A stretch of 64,000 nt of DNA, taken from the IMG/VR virus record IMGVR_UViG_3300007735_000800, positions 32,001 through 96,000 of that record; one strand, written 5' to 3'. The notes beneath the pieces were generated by a model. It had not been told where the DNA came from. It did no database searches and saw only the letters and a list, made by a program, of their open reading frames with translations. Each line of letters starts with the position of its first letter. Position 1 is the stretch's first letter. A program made the position numbers and the translations under genes. This document shows, one piece after another, positions 38,946 through 48,497 of the stretch. The stretch comes from a virus.

Positions 38946-39181
38946 ATACAACTTATATCATAATAAATGTCTCAGAACTTCCTTTGGTGCATTTTGATGA
39001 TGTATTGGAAAACTCTACAAATACTTTAAGGTATTCTTTGGATGGAACTAAGACAATTGTTAAATGGCAAGGTTCAGATCCAGATTTTTTAAAAGACTTG
39101 ACAACGGTTGAAGGACCTTACACTTTCCAAGAAATTTTACCGATACTTGGAGGAACTGAGTGGACAGAACCGGAGATATGA
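38942..39181 (+). CDS. Small hypothetical protein typical of lectin/fibre modules
   Basis: LRYSLDGTKTIVKW...P.FL and EW motif; coupled to the LamG gene. Confidence 0.55.
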   Translation: MNTTYIIINVSELPLVHFDDVLENSTNTLRYSLDGTKTIVKWQGSDPDFLKDLTTVEGPYTFQEILPILGGTEWTEPEI

Positions 39182-39188
39182 GTATAAT
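39161..39188 (+). promoter_or_regulatory. Sigma70-type promoter for dut (TGGACA-N16-TATAAT)
   Basis: ATG 8 nt after the -10 hexamer, no SD. Confidence 0.65.
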
Positions 39189-39196
39189 ATACTTAT

Positions 39197-39718
39197 ATGA
39201 TCCTTCAATATTTTAAACACTCACCAGATGTCGTAGACCCAAATTTTCAGACTCGTATGGCAGCATGCTTTGACTTGGCTGCATATATCCCAACAAACGA
39301 GAAAATTAAAATTTATCAGGGCAAAAGTTTCACGGAAGTCTTTCCGGAATATGATTCTTCCAATGAAAAGAACTTCATTGCCCTGATGCCCGGAGAAAGG
39401 GCTTTAATCCGCACAGGATTGACTTTTAACGTGCCCGAGCAGTATTCCCTCCGTCTGCACCCCCGTTCAGGGATGGCCCTTAAATACGGTTTAACGCTGG
39501 CTAATTGCGAAGGTATTGTGGACGAGGACTATACTCTGGAGACCAAAATTATCATCCTTAACACCAATACTACCGATGCTATCAAAATTTATGACAGGGA
39601 CAGGGTGGCTCAGGCTGAAGTGGTTGAATACGAACAGTGCTATTTTCAGGAAATTTATAAAGAACCTGATCAAAAATCAAACAGAATCGGTGGGTTTGGA
39701 AGCACCGGAGTCGCTTGA
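39197..39718 (+). CDS. dut: Trimeric dUTPase
   Basis: ACFDL, RTGL, PRSG.ALK, GIVDEDY, AQ and RIGGFGSTG motifs. Confidence 0.95.
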   Translation: MILQYFKHSPDVVDPNFQTRMAACFDLAAYIPTNEKIKIYQGKSFTEVFPEYDSSNEKNFIALMPGERALIRTGLTFNVPEQYSLRLHPRSGMALKYGLTLANCEGIVDEDYTLETKIIILNTNTTDAIKIYDRDRVAQAEVVEYEQCYFQEIYKEPDQKSNRIGGFGSTGVA

Positions 39719-39946
39719 TTTTTTGCTAGGCCACTTAACAGATTTAAATTCTCTCCAAGCTGTCCAAGCAACTATTGCCAAAACGATTATATACCAAAAG
39801 CTCCATTCAGATGCTTGATTTGGTGTACTGAAGAATGGATTTGGTGTTGTTGTATGGATTGGATTTCCAGCCTTGTCTTTCATGTAGACAAACTGTGGAG
39901 ATGTGCAGGATGATAGAATCAAAAATATAGGAATTAGGTATTTCAT
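39677..39946 (-). CDS. Lipoprotein with C-terminal TM helix (u-spanin-like architecture)
   Basis: Signal peptide with lipobox LSSC; TM segment WSFWYIIVLAIVAWTAW followed by a basic tail. Confidence 0.5.
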   Translation of the reverse strand: MKYLIPIFLILSSCTSPQFVYMKDKAGNPIHTTTPNPFFSTPNQASEWSFWYIIVLAIVAWTAWREFKSVKWPSKKSSDSGASKPTDSV

Positions 39947-40377
39947 GCTTTATCTCCAGATACCGAAGTTCCAAAGTAAAACCCAACAACCGCCAACAGA
40001 ACTTGTCGATTTTCTTGAGCCAAGAAGTATCCCGGGATCTCCACAAAATATCTTCTAGTGGTTTCGGGAATCATTCCAAAAATACTTTCGGGTTGTTTTT
40101 GCTCAAATTCAGTGAATGTTGGAATCCCAAAGAATGGAAGTACAAAAGGAGCAGCAACCACGGCAAACAAGCATGTTAAAACAATAAGTCTTCTTACATT
40201 TCTACCAACATCCAAAGGAACTCGTTGGGCTGCTTTGTCTTGGTTGTTTGTTGTCTGTTGGTTGGACTTAATAAGGCGTTCAAACATTTCTTTTTGGTCT
40301 TGAGCCCGTTGAGCCCAATACTTGAACAGAAATCCTGTCACGCCCCCACCAATCAAAGATAAAAGTTCTACGCTCAT
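39943..40377 (-). CDS. 3-TM holin-like membrane protein
   Basis: Three hydrophobic segments; C-terminal LLAVVGFYFGTS resembles the GTA-type 3TM holin ending. Confidence 0.5.
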   Translation of the reverse strand: MSVELLSLIGGGVTGFLFKYWAQRAQDQKEMFERLIKSNQQTTNNQDKAAQRVPLDVGRNVRRLIVLTCLFAVVAAPFVLPFFGIPTFTEFEQKQPESIFGMIPETTRRYFVEIPGYFLAQENRQVLLAVVGFYFGTSVSGDKA

Positions 40378-40384
40378 AATTACC

Positions 40385-40990
40385 TCAGTTCTTTTGATAT
40401 GAAAGTTGTATTTCTACCGAATCACGGATACTTTCAAAATAGTCTGTAACGGATTGTGCATTTTCCATGTCAGGTGGAAAATCAAAATGCCATTGAAGCA
40501 AAATAAAACCAATGTTTACATTTTTGTTTCTAATTGGCAGGCAGGCATAATGAGAAATATTTTCATCCTCAAAGAAATGCTTTGCATAAGAATTGGACAT
40601 TGCCTCAACATGATGCACAATTACTTTGTTATCAAGTACTGCGTGGAGCAGAGGAATAAACAGAGAACAGAGAACATTCTTGAATTTTAAAGATTGTGAA
40701 ATATAACCTTTGTGCGACGATTCGTGTGTGATTGAAAACTTACGCATGGAAATTCCATCCATGAAGTATTCACCATTATGAAATTGCAAAACACTTACAC
40801 GCATCGCCTTGCTGTTTATTCTGAGTTCTGTTAATAATTCATGAATTTCTGTGTGTATGGCAATAAAGTTGTCTGATTTTGGACGAGATTGTATAAATTT
40901 TACTACCCCCCATCCTATTCCCAAAATTCCAAAAACTGCTATGGAAATAACTTCGATAAGTTTAGAAAAATCTGGGATTAGTGCCAACAT
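40385..40990 (-). CDS. T4 T-like holin (single TMD plus GAF-like soluble domain)
   Basis: One N-terminal TM helix. ELR..S.A.RVSVLQFHNG and SHYACLPI....IGFILLQW align by eye with the T4 T periplasmic domain. Confidence 0.5.
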   Translation of the reverse strand: MLALIPDFSKLIEVISIAVFGILGIGWGVVKFIQSRPKSDNFIAIHTEIHELLTELRINSKAMRVSVLQFHNGEYFMDGISMRKFSITHESSHKGYISQSLKFKNVLCSLFIPLLHAVLDNKVIVHHVEAMSNSYAKHFFEDENISHYACLPIRNKNVNIGFILLQWHFDFPPDMENAQSVTDYFESIRDSVEIQLSYQKN

Positions 40991-41014
40991 CTTGTGAAAT
41001 TCTCCGTGTCTTAA

Positions 41015-41022
41015 TATTTAGA
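41015..41022 (-). promoter_or_regulatory. Late promoter variant (TCTAAATA) driving the reverse membrane-protein cassette
   Basis: TATTTAGA on the plus strand, upstream of the ATG at 40990. Confidence 0.55.
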
Positions 41023-41023
41023 C

Positions 41024-41051
41024 TTGACGACCCCTATAACTAGTGTATATT
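41024..41051 (+). promoter_or_regulatory. Sigma70-type promoter (TTGACG-N16-TATATT) for the DUF1599-gp43 operon
   Basis: ATG 8 nt after the -10 hexamer. Confidence 0.65.
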
Positions 41052-41059
41052 GAACTACC

Positions 41060-41386
41060 ATGACTAGAAGAGAAGATTTATTTAAACTACATCAAGATAT
41101 GTGTTCTGAAGCATTAGAATTGATGAAAAAGAAAAACAATGACTATGCTTCCGGCGTTGATCCATTTATGAATTTTAGACGAGCAGAATATTTGGGTTTT
41201 GCAACGGCAGAACTCGGGGTTCTTATCAGAATGACAGATAAAATGTCAAGAATCTCTACTTTCTTGAACAAGGGAGATCTTTCTCTTGCAAACGAAAGCG
41301 TCTATGATGCAATTGTTGATATGATCAACTACAGTGTTCTGCTTGCTGGACTGTTGAAGGACAAAGACCAAAAGAACAACCAATGA
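41060..41386 (+). CDS. DUF1599 / nucleotide-modification-associated domain 1-like helical protein
   Basis: KKKNNDY, PF.NF, GVLIRMTDK.SR and ES..DA..D.INY motifs. Confidence 0.7.
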   Translation: MTRREDLFKLHQDMCSEALELMKKKNNDYASGVDPFMNFRRAEYLGFATAELGVLIRMTDKMSRISTFLNKGDLSLANESVYDAIVDMINYSVLLAGLLKDKDQKNNQ

Positions 41387-43884
41387 AGTTTTATACTGCC
41401 TGTACACTCAAAGGCAATAAAATTTTGGTTCGTGGATACAACAAGGGCAAGAGGTTTACGGACTCCGTGACCTTTAAGCCATCGTTGTACATTCGTTCAG
41501 AAAAAGAATCCAACTACAGAAGTCTCAAGAACATACCCGTCAAGAGAATGATATTCGATTCTCTCTATGACTGCAGAGAATTCTTGGATCAATACAGAGA
41601 CATACCGGACTGCCCAATCTATGGAAACACTGATTTCATTACTCAATACCTCATGGAGACTTATTCGGCTGAGGTGGAATACGATCTTTCCCAAATCAAG
41701 GTAGCATATCTTGACTTGGAGTGCGAATCTGAAGGAGGTTTCCCAGATCTAGATTCACCCAACGAAAGAATCAATCTGATAACCATAAGAATCAACGGTA
41801 CAACCTATGTAATAAGTTTTACTCCAGTTACCTTGCCAGATTGCAAGGTGATCATGGTTGCATCCGAAAAAGAATTGATCAAAAAGATCTTTGAGGTTCT
41901 GGCCAAAGAGGATGTTGACATCATAACCGGATGGAACATCAAGCTCTTTGATATGCCCTATATAATAGGTAGGGCATTGCTTTTTTACGAACCGGAAGAT
42001 ATACAGAGTTGGTTGCCTTTTGGTTTGATGAAGATGCGTGAGACTGATATAGGCGGAAAGAACTATAAAATTTATGAGTTCCCCGGCTATACGATTCTGG
42101 ATTACATGGATCTGTATAAAAAGTTTTCCGGTACCAGCCAAGAAAGCTATGCACTGCAAAACATAGCAAAGGTGGAACTCGATGCGCAAAAACTGGATTA
42201 TAGCGAGTATGGCTCACTGCGTGAGTTTTACAAAAAGAACTTTCAAAAGTTTGCAGAATATAACGTCCAAGACGCTGTCCTGGTTGAACGACTTGACGAT
42301 AAACTGAAACTTATCGATCTTGCTGTTTCTATTGCATATGAGGCAAAGATTACTTATGATACTGTATTCTTTGCTACCCGTATATGGGAAAGCATATGCT
42401 GTGATTATTTGCTAAAGCAAAATATAATTACTCACCTTAAGAAAAAATACGACAAAGATGATCAGTTTGTTGGTGCTTATGTTAAAGACATAGTTCCCGG
42501 ATTCTACAACAATGTTGTAAGTTTTGACGCGACCAGTCTGTATCCATCGATTATAATGCAATGGAATATTTCGCCGGATACCTGTGTAAATGATGATTCA
42601 TCATTGAATGCAGATTACTTTTTACAAGAAAATAAAAAAGAACTCCCGGATCTTTTGGAAGATGCCGAGTCCCGAAATGCATGCCTCGCATGCAATGGTT
42701 CGATGTTCACCAGAGATATAAAAGGATTTATTCCAATTCTCATTGAGAGAACATTCAATCAGCGCAAGGAAGCCAAGAACAAGATGATTGAACTGGAAAA
42801 AGAATATGAACAGACAAAAAATGAAAAACTATTGCCGAGAATCGCGGCACTCAAAGTTCGGCAATCGGTTAAGAAGATTCTCGCAAACAGCCTGTACGGT
42901 TGTCTTGGCAATCCCGCTTTTGTGTACTCATCTCCTGCACTCGCTACTGCGGTTACCGTCACGGGACAGGTAATTATTCGCAAAGCAGAGAATTGCATGA
43001 ATCAGTACATACAGAAGGTAACCAAGACCGATAAAGATTACGTCATTGCCGTTGATACTGATTCCGTATATCTGCATCTAGACGCAATCGTAAAGCAGAT
43101 TTCCAGTAAAACAAAGATAGATGATGTTACTGATTTCATCGACCAAGTTTGTGAACAGAAGATTCAACCAGAGTTCAAGAAAGAGATGGAATTGATTGCA
43201 CATACTCTGGGCTGCACCGAGAACAAGATATTCTTCAAGAGAGAGGCAATTGCATCTGCAGGTATATTCATTGCGAAGAAAAGATATGCACTGTATCTCC
43301 AGGATCTGGAAGGAATCAGGTTCAAGGAACCAAAGCTCAAGATCATGGGTCTTGAGACTGCGCGCAGCAGCACTCCGGTAGTCGTTAGAAACAAACTAAA
43401 AGATTGCATAAAGATTATCCTTACAAAAACCCCAGAGGAGCTGCGAGTTTATGTGGATGAATTCTATGATGAGTTTATTAAAATGCCTATTGAGGATATC
43501 GCAGCTCCTCGGGGTGTAAAGGGCATTGCTAAGTACGGAGACGGCATTAAAATTTATAAAACTGGAACACCAATTGCAACAAAAGCAGCTCTACTGCACA
43601 ATGAATATCTTAGAAAAATGGAACTCACCAAGGACATTCAGATAATCAAAGAGAATGACAAAATGAAGTTTGTCTTTGTAAAAATTCCAAATCCTTATGG
43701 GATAGGTGGCAGGGATGCTGTGATGGGTTTTATCAACAAACCTCCCAAGGAATTTGAATTGGAAACTTACATTGACCGAAACAAGCAGTTTGAAAAAACT
43801 TTCAAAGAGCCTTTGGACAATGTTCTTCAGGCTATTGGTTGGTCGATAAGTAATGAAGTAACACTTGAATCGTTTTTTGTTTGA
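41383..43884 (+). CDS. gp43: Family B DNA polymerase
   Basis: Exonuclease DLECE; SFDATSLYPSII, KILANSLYG, DTDS and KKRY motifs. Confidence 0.97.
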   Translation: MKFYTACTLKGNKILVRGYNKGKRFTDSVTFKPSLYIRSEKESNYRSLKNIPVKRMIFDSLYDCREFLDQYRDIPDCPIYGNTDFITQYLMETYSAEVEYDLSQIKVAYLDLECESEGGFPDLDSPNERINLITIRINGTTYVISFTPVTLPDCKVIMVASEKELIKKIFEVLAKEDVDIITGWNIKLFDMPYIIGRALLFYEPEDIQSWLPFGLMKMRETDIGGKNYKIYEFPGYTILDYMDLYKKFSGTSQESYALQNIAKVELDAQKLDYSEYGSLREFYKKNFQKFAEYNVQDAVLVERLDDKLKLIDLAVSIAYEAKITYDTVFFATRIWESICCDYLLKQNIITHLKKKYDKDDQFVGAYVKDIVPGFYNNVVSFDATSLYPSIIMQWNISPDTCVNDDSSLNADYFLQENKKELPDLLEDAESRNACLACNGSMFTRDIKGFIPILIERTFNQRKEAKNKMIELEKEYEQTKNEKLLPRIAALKVRQSVKKILANSLYGCLGNPAFVYSSPALATAVTVTGQVIIRKAENCMNQYIQKVTKTDKDYVIAVDTDSVYLHLDAIVKQISSKTKIDDVTDFIDQVCEQKIQPEFKKEMELIAHTLGCTENKIFFKREAIASAGIFIAKKRYALYLQDLEGIRFKEPKLKIMGLETARSSTPVVVRNKLKDCIKIILTKTPEELRVYVDEFYDEFIKMPIEDIAAPRGVKGIAKYGDGIKIYKTGTPIATKAALLHNEYLRKMELTKDIQIIKENDKMKFVFVKIPNPYGIGGRDAVMGFINKPPKEFELETYIDRNKQFEKTFKEPLDNVLQAIGWSISNEVTLESFFV

Positions 43885-43892
43885 GGTATAAT
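43865..43892 (+). promoter_or_regulatory. Sigma70-type promoter (TTGAAT-N16-TATAAT), leaderless geometry
   Basis: ATG at 43899, 6 nt after the -10 hexamer. Confidence 0.65.
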
Positions 43893-43898
43893 AAAACC

Positions 43899-44474
43899 AT
43901 GACTTGGAAATATAGTACAGATGTTATGAATGGTAGATACACCATTCATTGGAGTCCCAGTACGTATGGAAACCCATATGTCAATTCAATACAACAAATT
44001 GATTTGGGCGATATTTCTTTTCAAGATGTGACTTTTGTTTATGATATTAATAAACACTCGGGTTATATTTGTGCTGTCATAAAAGATAAACAATCGTCGC
44101 AAACCTATGACATTCCTACATTTATGGTAACTGGTGCATTTTTGAATGATATGGGTTTGAACTGCGAAGATAAAACACCAAAAGACGATAAATTTATTGA
44201 AAAAGTAATTTTGATTTTGAACGAAACTGGATTTTGGAATAGCGCATCAACTAAGCAGAAAATGACGAAAAAGCCTACTAAAACTTATACCATAAAAAAT
44301 TTGGAATATGATCCTAATTTGTTTTATGAGAAAAAACCAACTCAAGTAGATGACAGTTCTAAACTCAAGTATGAAATAAAACAAAAAGATGCATTGATTG
44401 CCGAATTGAAAGAGCAGATTCAGGAACTAAAAGAAGACATTGAAATGCTAAAAGCAGTAAATCAGGAGTATTAA
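43899..44474 (+). CDS. Hypothetical protein with C-terminal coiled coil
   Basis: ORF; ATG at 43899 is favoured over the TTG at 43881 by promoter geometry. Confidence 0.6.
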   Translation: MTWKYSTDVMNGRYTIHWSPSTYGNPYVNSIQQIDLGDISFQDVTFVYDINKHSGYICAVIKDKQSSQTYDIPTFMVTGAFLNDMGLNCEDKTPKDDKFIEKVILILNETGFWNSASTKQKMTKKPTKTYTIKNLEYDPNLFYEKKPTQVDDSSKLKYEIKQKDALIAELKEQIQELKEDIEMLKAVNQEY

Positions 44475-44477
44475 GAA

Positions 44478-44780
44478 ATGGTAAAGAAACTTAAATCTAG
44501 ATATGGTGATGAACGAATTATTACGCTTCTTGAAGATGGACGTTACCGAATCGAAGGCAGGTCTCTTTATACTCGCCACGGCACTGGTCTATTTGACTTT
44601 GAAGGCGGTCCATGCTATATCATTGGTGATAGACTTCTTGATGTTGAAGACACCCCTGTAATAACCAATATAGAAATTGATGAAAGCAACCTTGCAGATA
44701 ACTATGCAAGTGTTATACTTTCCGTTAAGAAAGCAAAAAATGTCAAAGTATCTAAAAAATCTAATAAGCAAAATCGATAA
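44478..44780 (+). CDS. Hypothetical protein
   Basis: 100-aa ORF tightly packed between neighbours. Confidence 0.55.
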   Translation: MVKKLKSRYGDERIITLLEDGRYRIEGRSLYTRHGTGLFDFEGGPCYIIGDRLLDVEDTPVITNIEIDESNLADNYASVILSVKKAKNVKVSKKSNKQNR

Positions 44781-45762
44781 TCCTGACGCAACTCTTGTAT
44801 CGGAAGGTATCGATGGGGCGGATGTATCCGGCTTCATTGACACTGGTTCATATGCATTGAATGCATTGCTGTCTGGATCCATCTTCGGGGGTTTACCAAA
44901 CAACAAGATCTCCTGCTTGGCAGGAGATCCGGCAACGGGAAAGACCTTCTATGCCATTGGCATCGCAGGCCAGTTCCTAAAGGATCACAAAGACGGTGTT
45001 GTGATTTATTTTGATACCGAGCAAGCAGTGACATCTGACATGTTCACTGCAAGGGGAGTTGATCCTGAGCGTGTAGCAGTCATTCCCGTTGCCACAATCG
45101 AAGAGTTCAAGACACAGGCACTTAAGATTGTCAATGACATTCTTGAGCAGCCCGAAGAGGATCGCAAGCCGGTCTTCATGATTCTTGACTCACTTGGCAT
45201 GTTGTCTACTCGTAAGGAGATGACTGATTCTGCTGAAGGCAAGGATGTTCGTGACATGACCAAGGCTCAGCAGACCAAGGCAACATTCAGGGTTCTTACT
45301 CTGAAGCTTGGCAAGGCCAAGATTCCCATGCTCCTTACCAACCACACATATCAGGTAATTGGAGCATATGTACCCACAAAAGAACTTGGTGGTGGCATTG
45401 GACTGAAATATGCTGCTAGCAATATTCTTACTTTGTCCAAGAGCAAAGACAAAACAGATGAGGGTGTTGTTGGAAACTTTATTAAGTGCACCAACTACAA
45501 GAATCGTTTTGTCAAGGAGAACATGCAGGTTGAGACCCGGTTAAACTATACATCTGGTTTGAGCAGATACTATGGTTTGACAGATCTTGCTATAAAATAT
45601 GGAATCTTTAAAAAGGTTTCTACTAGAATTGAATTGCCAGATGGATCAAAGGTGTTTGAAAAAAACATTGACGACGAACCAGAAAAATATTTTACCTTGG
45701 ATATTCTAAATAAACTCGATATAGCAGTTCAAAAGGATTTTAAATATGGACAAAATTCCTGA
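44740..45762 (+). CDS. uvsX: RecA-like recombinase UvsX
   Basis: DTGSYALNALLSG, AGDPATGKT, YFDTE, LDSLG and GG.GLKYAAS motifs; likely start MSKY at 44740. Confidence 0.95.
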   Translation: MSKYLKNLISKIDNPDATLVSEGIDGADVSGFIDTGSYALNALLSGSIFGGLPNNKISCLAGDPATGKTFYAIGIAGQFLKDHKDGVVIYFDTEQAVTSDMFTARGVDPERVAVIPVATIEEFKTQALKIVNDILEQPEEDRKPVFMILDSLGMLSTRKEMTDSAEGKDVRDMTKAQQTKATFRVLTLKLGKAKIPMLLTNHTYQVIGAYVPTKELGGGIGLKYAASNILTLSKSKDKTDEGVVGNFIKCTNYKNRFVKENMQVETRLNYTSGLSRYYGLTDLAIKYGIFKKVSTRIELPDGSKVFEKNIDDEPEKYFTLDILNKLDIAVQKDFKYGQNS

Positions 45763-46066
45763 ATATAAATTTTTAGAATTACTTTGTGAAGAAAACGACA
45801 CATGCCCAATACAAATTTTAAGCGGGCAGTTTAAAGATATAGTTTACAAATATGGTAAAATTTCTTTGCAAGAATTGCCTAATGATGAATTGTCTGTAAA
45901 CATGGATATTACAGTTATAACTTGTCCAGAGAGTTTTGATCAACAAAACAAAGAATTTACTCAAACTGTCGGAGAAATTTTTGTAAATATAATTGAAAAT
46001 AATTTGGCAGAAACAAAAACAAAAGAAGAGCCTATTGATTTGGAAGACGATGTGCATTCTGATTAA
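45746..46066 (+). CDS. Hypothetical protein at the T4 gp40 position
   Basis: Between uvsX and gp41; acidic; no sequence motif recognised with confidence. Confidence 0.5.
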   Translation: MDKIPEYKFLELLCEENDTCPIQILSGQFKDIVYKYGKISLQELPNDELSVNMDITVITCPESFDQQNKEFTQTVGEIFVNIIENNLAETKTKEEPIDLEDDVHSD

Positions 46067-46069
46067 TGC

Positions 46070-46097
46070 TGGACTTTTTTGAAAAAAGCGATACAAT
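46070..46097 (+). promoter_or_regulatory. Sigma70-type promoter for gp41 (TGGACT-N16-TACAAT), leaderless geometry
   Basis: ATG 6 nt after the -10 hexamer. Confidence 0.6.
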
Positions 46098-46103
46098 AAA
46101 AAC

Positions 46104-47519
46104 ATGGAATCAGTAATTCTAAAGAACTTGGTCCTCAATGAGGACTATGCTCGCAAAGTTGTACCTTTTCTGCACGAAGAATATTTTCACGACAAGTGTG
46201 AAAAGACTATCTTTGGCATTGTAGGTAAGTTTATATTAAAATATAACAATATTCCCACCAAAGATGCAATTGTTATTACTTTGGAGAATGAAAAAACTCT
46301 TGGAGAAGTTGAATTCAAGAAGTGTGTCTCTATATGCGATGAGATGTACAAAGAGGGAGAAAAGTCGGATACAACTTGGCTTGTAGAGAATACAGAAAAA
46401 TTTTGCAAAGAAAAGGCAATTTACAATGGTATCATGGAATCCATCGGTATCATTGAAGGCAAAGACAAGGAAAAAACTCAAAATGCTATTCCTGAAATCA
46501 TGTCTAAGGCTTTGTCTGTTTCTTTTGACACTAAGGTTGGGCACGACTTTCTTGAGGACGTAGATCAACGATATGACTATTACCATAGAGTTGAGGAAAA
46601 AGTCCCGTTTGATCTAGACATGTTTAATACCATAACAAGAGGCGGCACAAGGAAGAAAACACTTAACGTTGTCATGGCAGCTTCTGGTGTTGGCAAGAGT
46701 GCATTTCTTTGCCATCATGCAGCCGCATGCCTATCACAGAACCTAAATGTTCTTTACATAACTCTTGAGATGGCAGAAGAAGAAATTGCCAAGAGAATTG
46801 ATGCAAATCTTCTTGATACGGACATGCACGATCTTGAAAAAATGCCACTTACCCAATATGAAGGTAAAGTTGAAAACCTGAAGAGGACTTGCCGTGGACG
46901 ATTGATCATCAAGGAATATCCTACAGCAGCAGCAAACGTAACTCATTTCAAAAATCTAATCGAAGAACTCAAGATCAAGAAAAAGTTTACTCCAGATGTA
47001 ATTTTTGTTGATTACTTGAACATTTGCTCATGCGCAAGGTTTAAACTTGGAAACGGCATGAACAGCTATACCTATGTAAAAGGAATCGCAGAAGAACTCA
47101 GGGGTATGGCAAAGCAGTTTAATGTTCCTCTCTGGACGGCAACCCAGGTTAACAGAGAAGGCGCAAAGAGCAGTGATATGGAAATGACCGATACTTCTGA
47201 AAGTTTTGGTTTGCCACAAACTGCAGATTTCTTCTTTGCTTTGATAGAGAATGAAGAACTCGCTGCATCTGGTCAGATCATGGTAAAACAATTGAAGAAC
47301 CGTGGAAATGACCTCACCAAGAATAGAAAGTTCCTTGTTGGTGTTAATAAGTCGAAGATGAAATTCTATGATGTGGACAACACAAACAATAATTTGGTAA
47401 ACTCCAACAACAACGATGATGAAGATCTTGGATCTGGATTTGATGGAAAAGCATTCAACCCACAATTTGGTAAGAAGAAGAACAAAGCCTTGAACTGGAC
47501 CTTTGAAGGCGCTAAATAA
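46104..47519 (+). CDS. gp41: Replicative DNA helicase
   Basis: AASGVGKS, YITLEM, IKEYPT, VDYLNI and DTSESFGLP.TAD motifs. Confidence 0.96.
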   Translation: MESVILKNLVLNEDYARKVVPFLHEEYFHDKCEKTIFGIVGKFILKYNNIPTKDAIVITLENEKTLGEVEFKKCVSICDEMYKEGEKSDTTWLVENTEKFCKEKAIYNGIMESIGIIEGKDKEKTQNAIPEIMSKALSVSFDTKVGHDFLEDVDQRYDYYHRVEEKVPFDLDMFNTITRGGTRKKTLNVVMAASGVGKSAFLCHHAAACLSQNLNVLYITLEMAEEEIAKRIDANLLDTDMHDLEKMPLTQYEGKVENLKRTCRGRLIIKEYPTAAANVTHFKNLIEELKIKKKFTPDVIFVDYLNICSCARFKLGNGMNSYTYVKGIAEELRGMAKQFNVPLWTATQVNREGAKSSDMEMTDTSESFGLPQTADFFFALIENEELAASGQIMVKQLKNRGNDLTKNRKFLVGVNKSKMKFYDVDNTNNNLVNSNNNDDEDLGSGFDGKAFNPQFGKKKNKALNWTFEGAK

Positions 47520-48496
47520 TGTTGTATATTGATAAAAAGTATGTGAATCTTCTTTCTGGTTCGTTGCAAAAGTTTAAGTGGAAAAAAGATTCGTTAGCCA
47601 CATGCAGGTGTTTCAAGTGTGGCGACTCAAAGAAAAACAAATCCAAGACAAGGGGATATTTTTTTGAGCATAAAGGCCATTATGTTTACAAATGCCACAA
47701 TTGCGGGTTTTCTTGTAATCTTTATTCTGTACTTGAAAGTATCAGCCCATCTCTCTGCAAAGAATACTCGTTTGAACTCTACAAAGAAAAAAATCCAGAA
47801 CCAAAGAGAGAAATTGAATCCAAAAAGCGTCAACCTGTGTTTAGTGAACTCGGCACAAGGCTTGACCTACTCAATCCAGAGCATAAGGCAATAAAATATG
47901 TTGAATCTAGAAGAATACCGAAAGAAAAGTATAGCAATTTTTATTACACTTCAGATTTTGGTAAGATCATGGATTCCTTTGATCGTGAAGGAAAAGCAGA
48001 AGAAAGATTGGTCATTCCTTTCTACAATGAGGCCGGAGAGCTTATTGGTGTGCAGGGACGAGCGTTCGGTGAGAATGCAATACGCTATATTACGCTCAAA
48101 CAAGAAGGTTGCGAACGCCTTTGGTATAATCTAGACAAGGTAGATCCGCGCTCGACTGTTTATGTGACAGAGGGACCCATAGATTCTATGTTTATACCAA
48201 ATGGAATCGCAATGCAGGGTGCCGGATGGTTGGCGGAACTTCCAGAGAAGATAAAAAACTCAAAAGTAATTTTTATTTTTGACAATGAGCCTAGAAACCA
48301 TGAAATAGTCCAGTTGATTGGTAAGTATATTGATTGCGGAAGAGAAGTAGTAATCTGGCCCGAAGAGATAAATAAAAAAGATATAAATGATATGGTTTTG
48401 GCTTATGGATCACAACAGACAATCAAGCTCATAATCAATAATGTTTATTCTGGACTTAAGGCAAAAATGAAATACACTTATTGGAAGAAGGTTTAA
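47519..48496 (+). CDS. gp61: DNA primase
   Basis: Zinc finger C..C.DS...K.RG...CHNCG; GVQGR, VTEGPIDS, DNEPRN and KDIND (TOPRIM). Confidence 0.95.
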   Translation: MLYIDKKYVNLLSGSLQKFKWKKDSLATCRCFKCGDSKKNKSKTRGYFFEHKGHYVYKCHNCGFSCNLYSVLESISPSLCKEYSFELYKEKNPEPKREIESKKRQPVFSELGTRLDLLNPEHKAIKYVESRRIPKEKYSNFYYTSDFGKIMDSFDREGKAEERLVIPFYNEAGELIGVQGRAFGENAIRYITLKQEGCERLWYNLDKVDPRSTVYVTEGPIDSMFIPNGIAMQGAGWLAELPEKIKNSKVIFIFDNEPRNHEIVQLIGKYIDCGREVVIWPEEINKKDINDMVLAYGSQQTIKLIINNVYSGLKAKMKYTYWKKV

Positions 48497-48497
48497 T

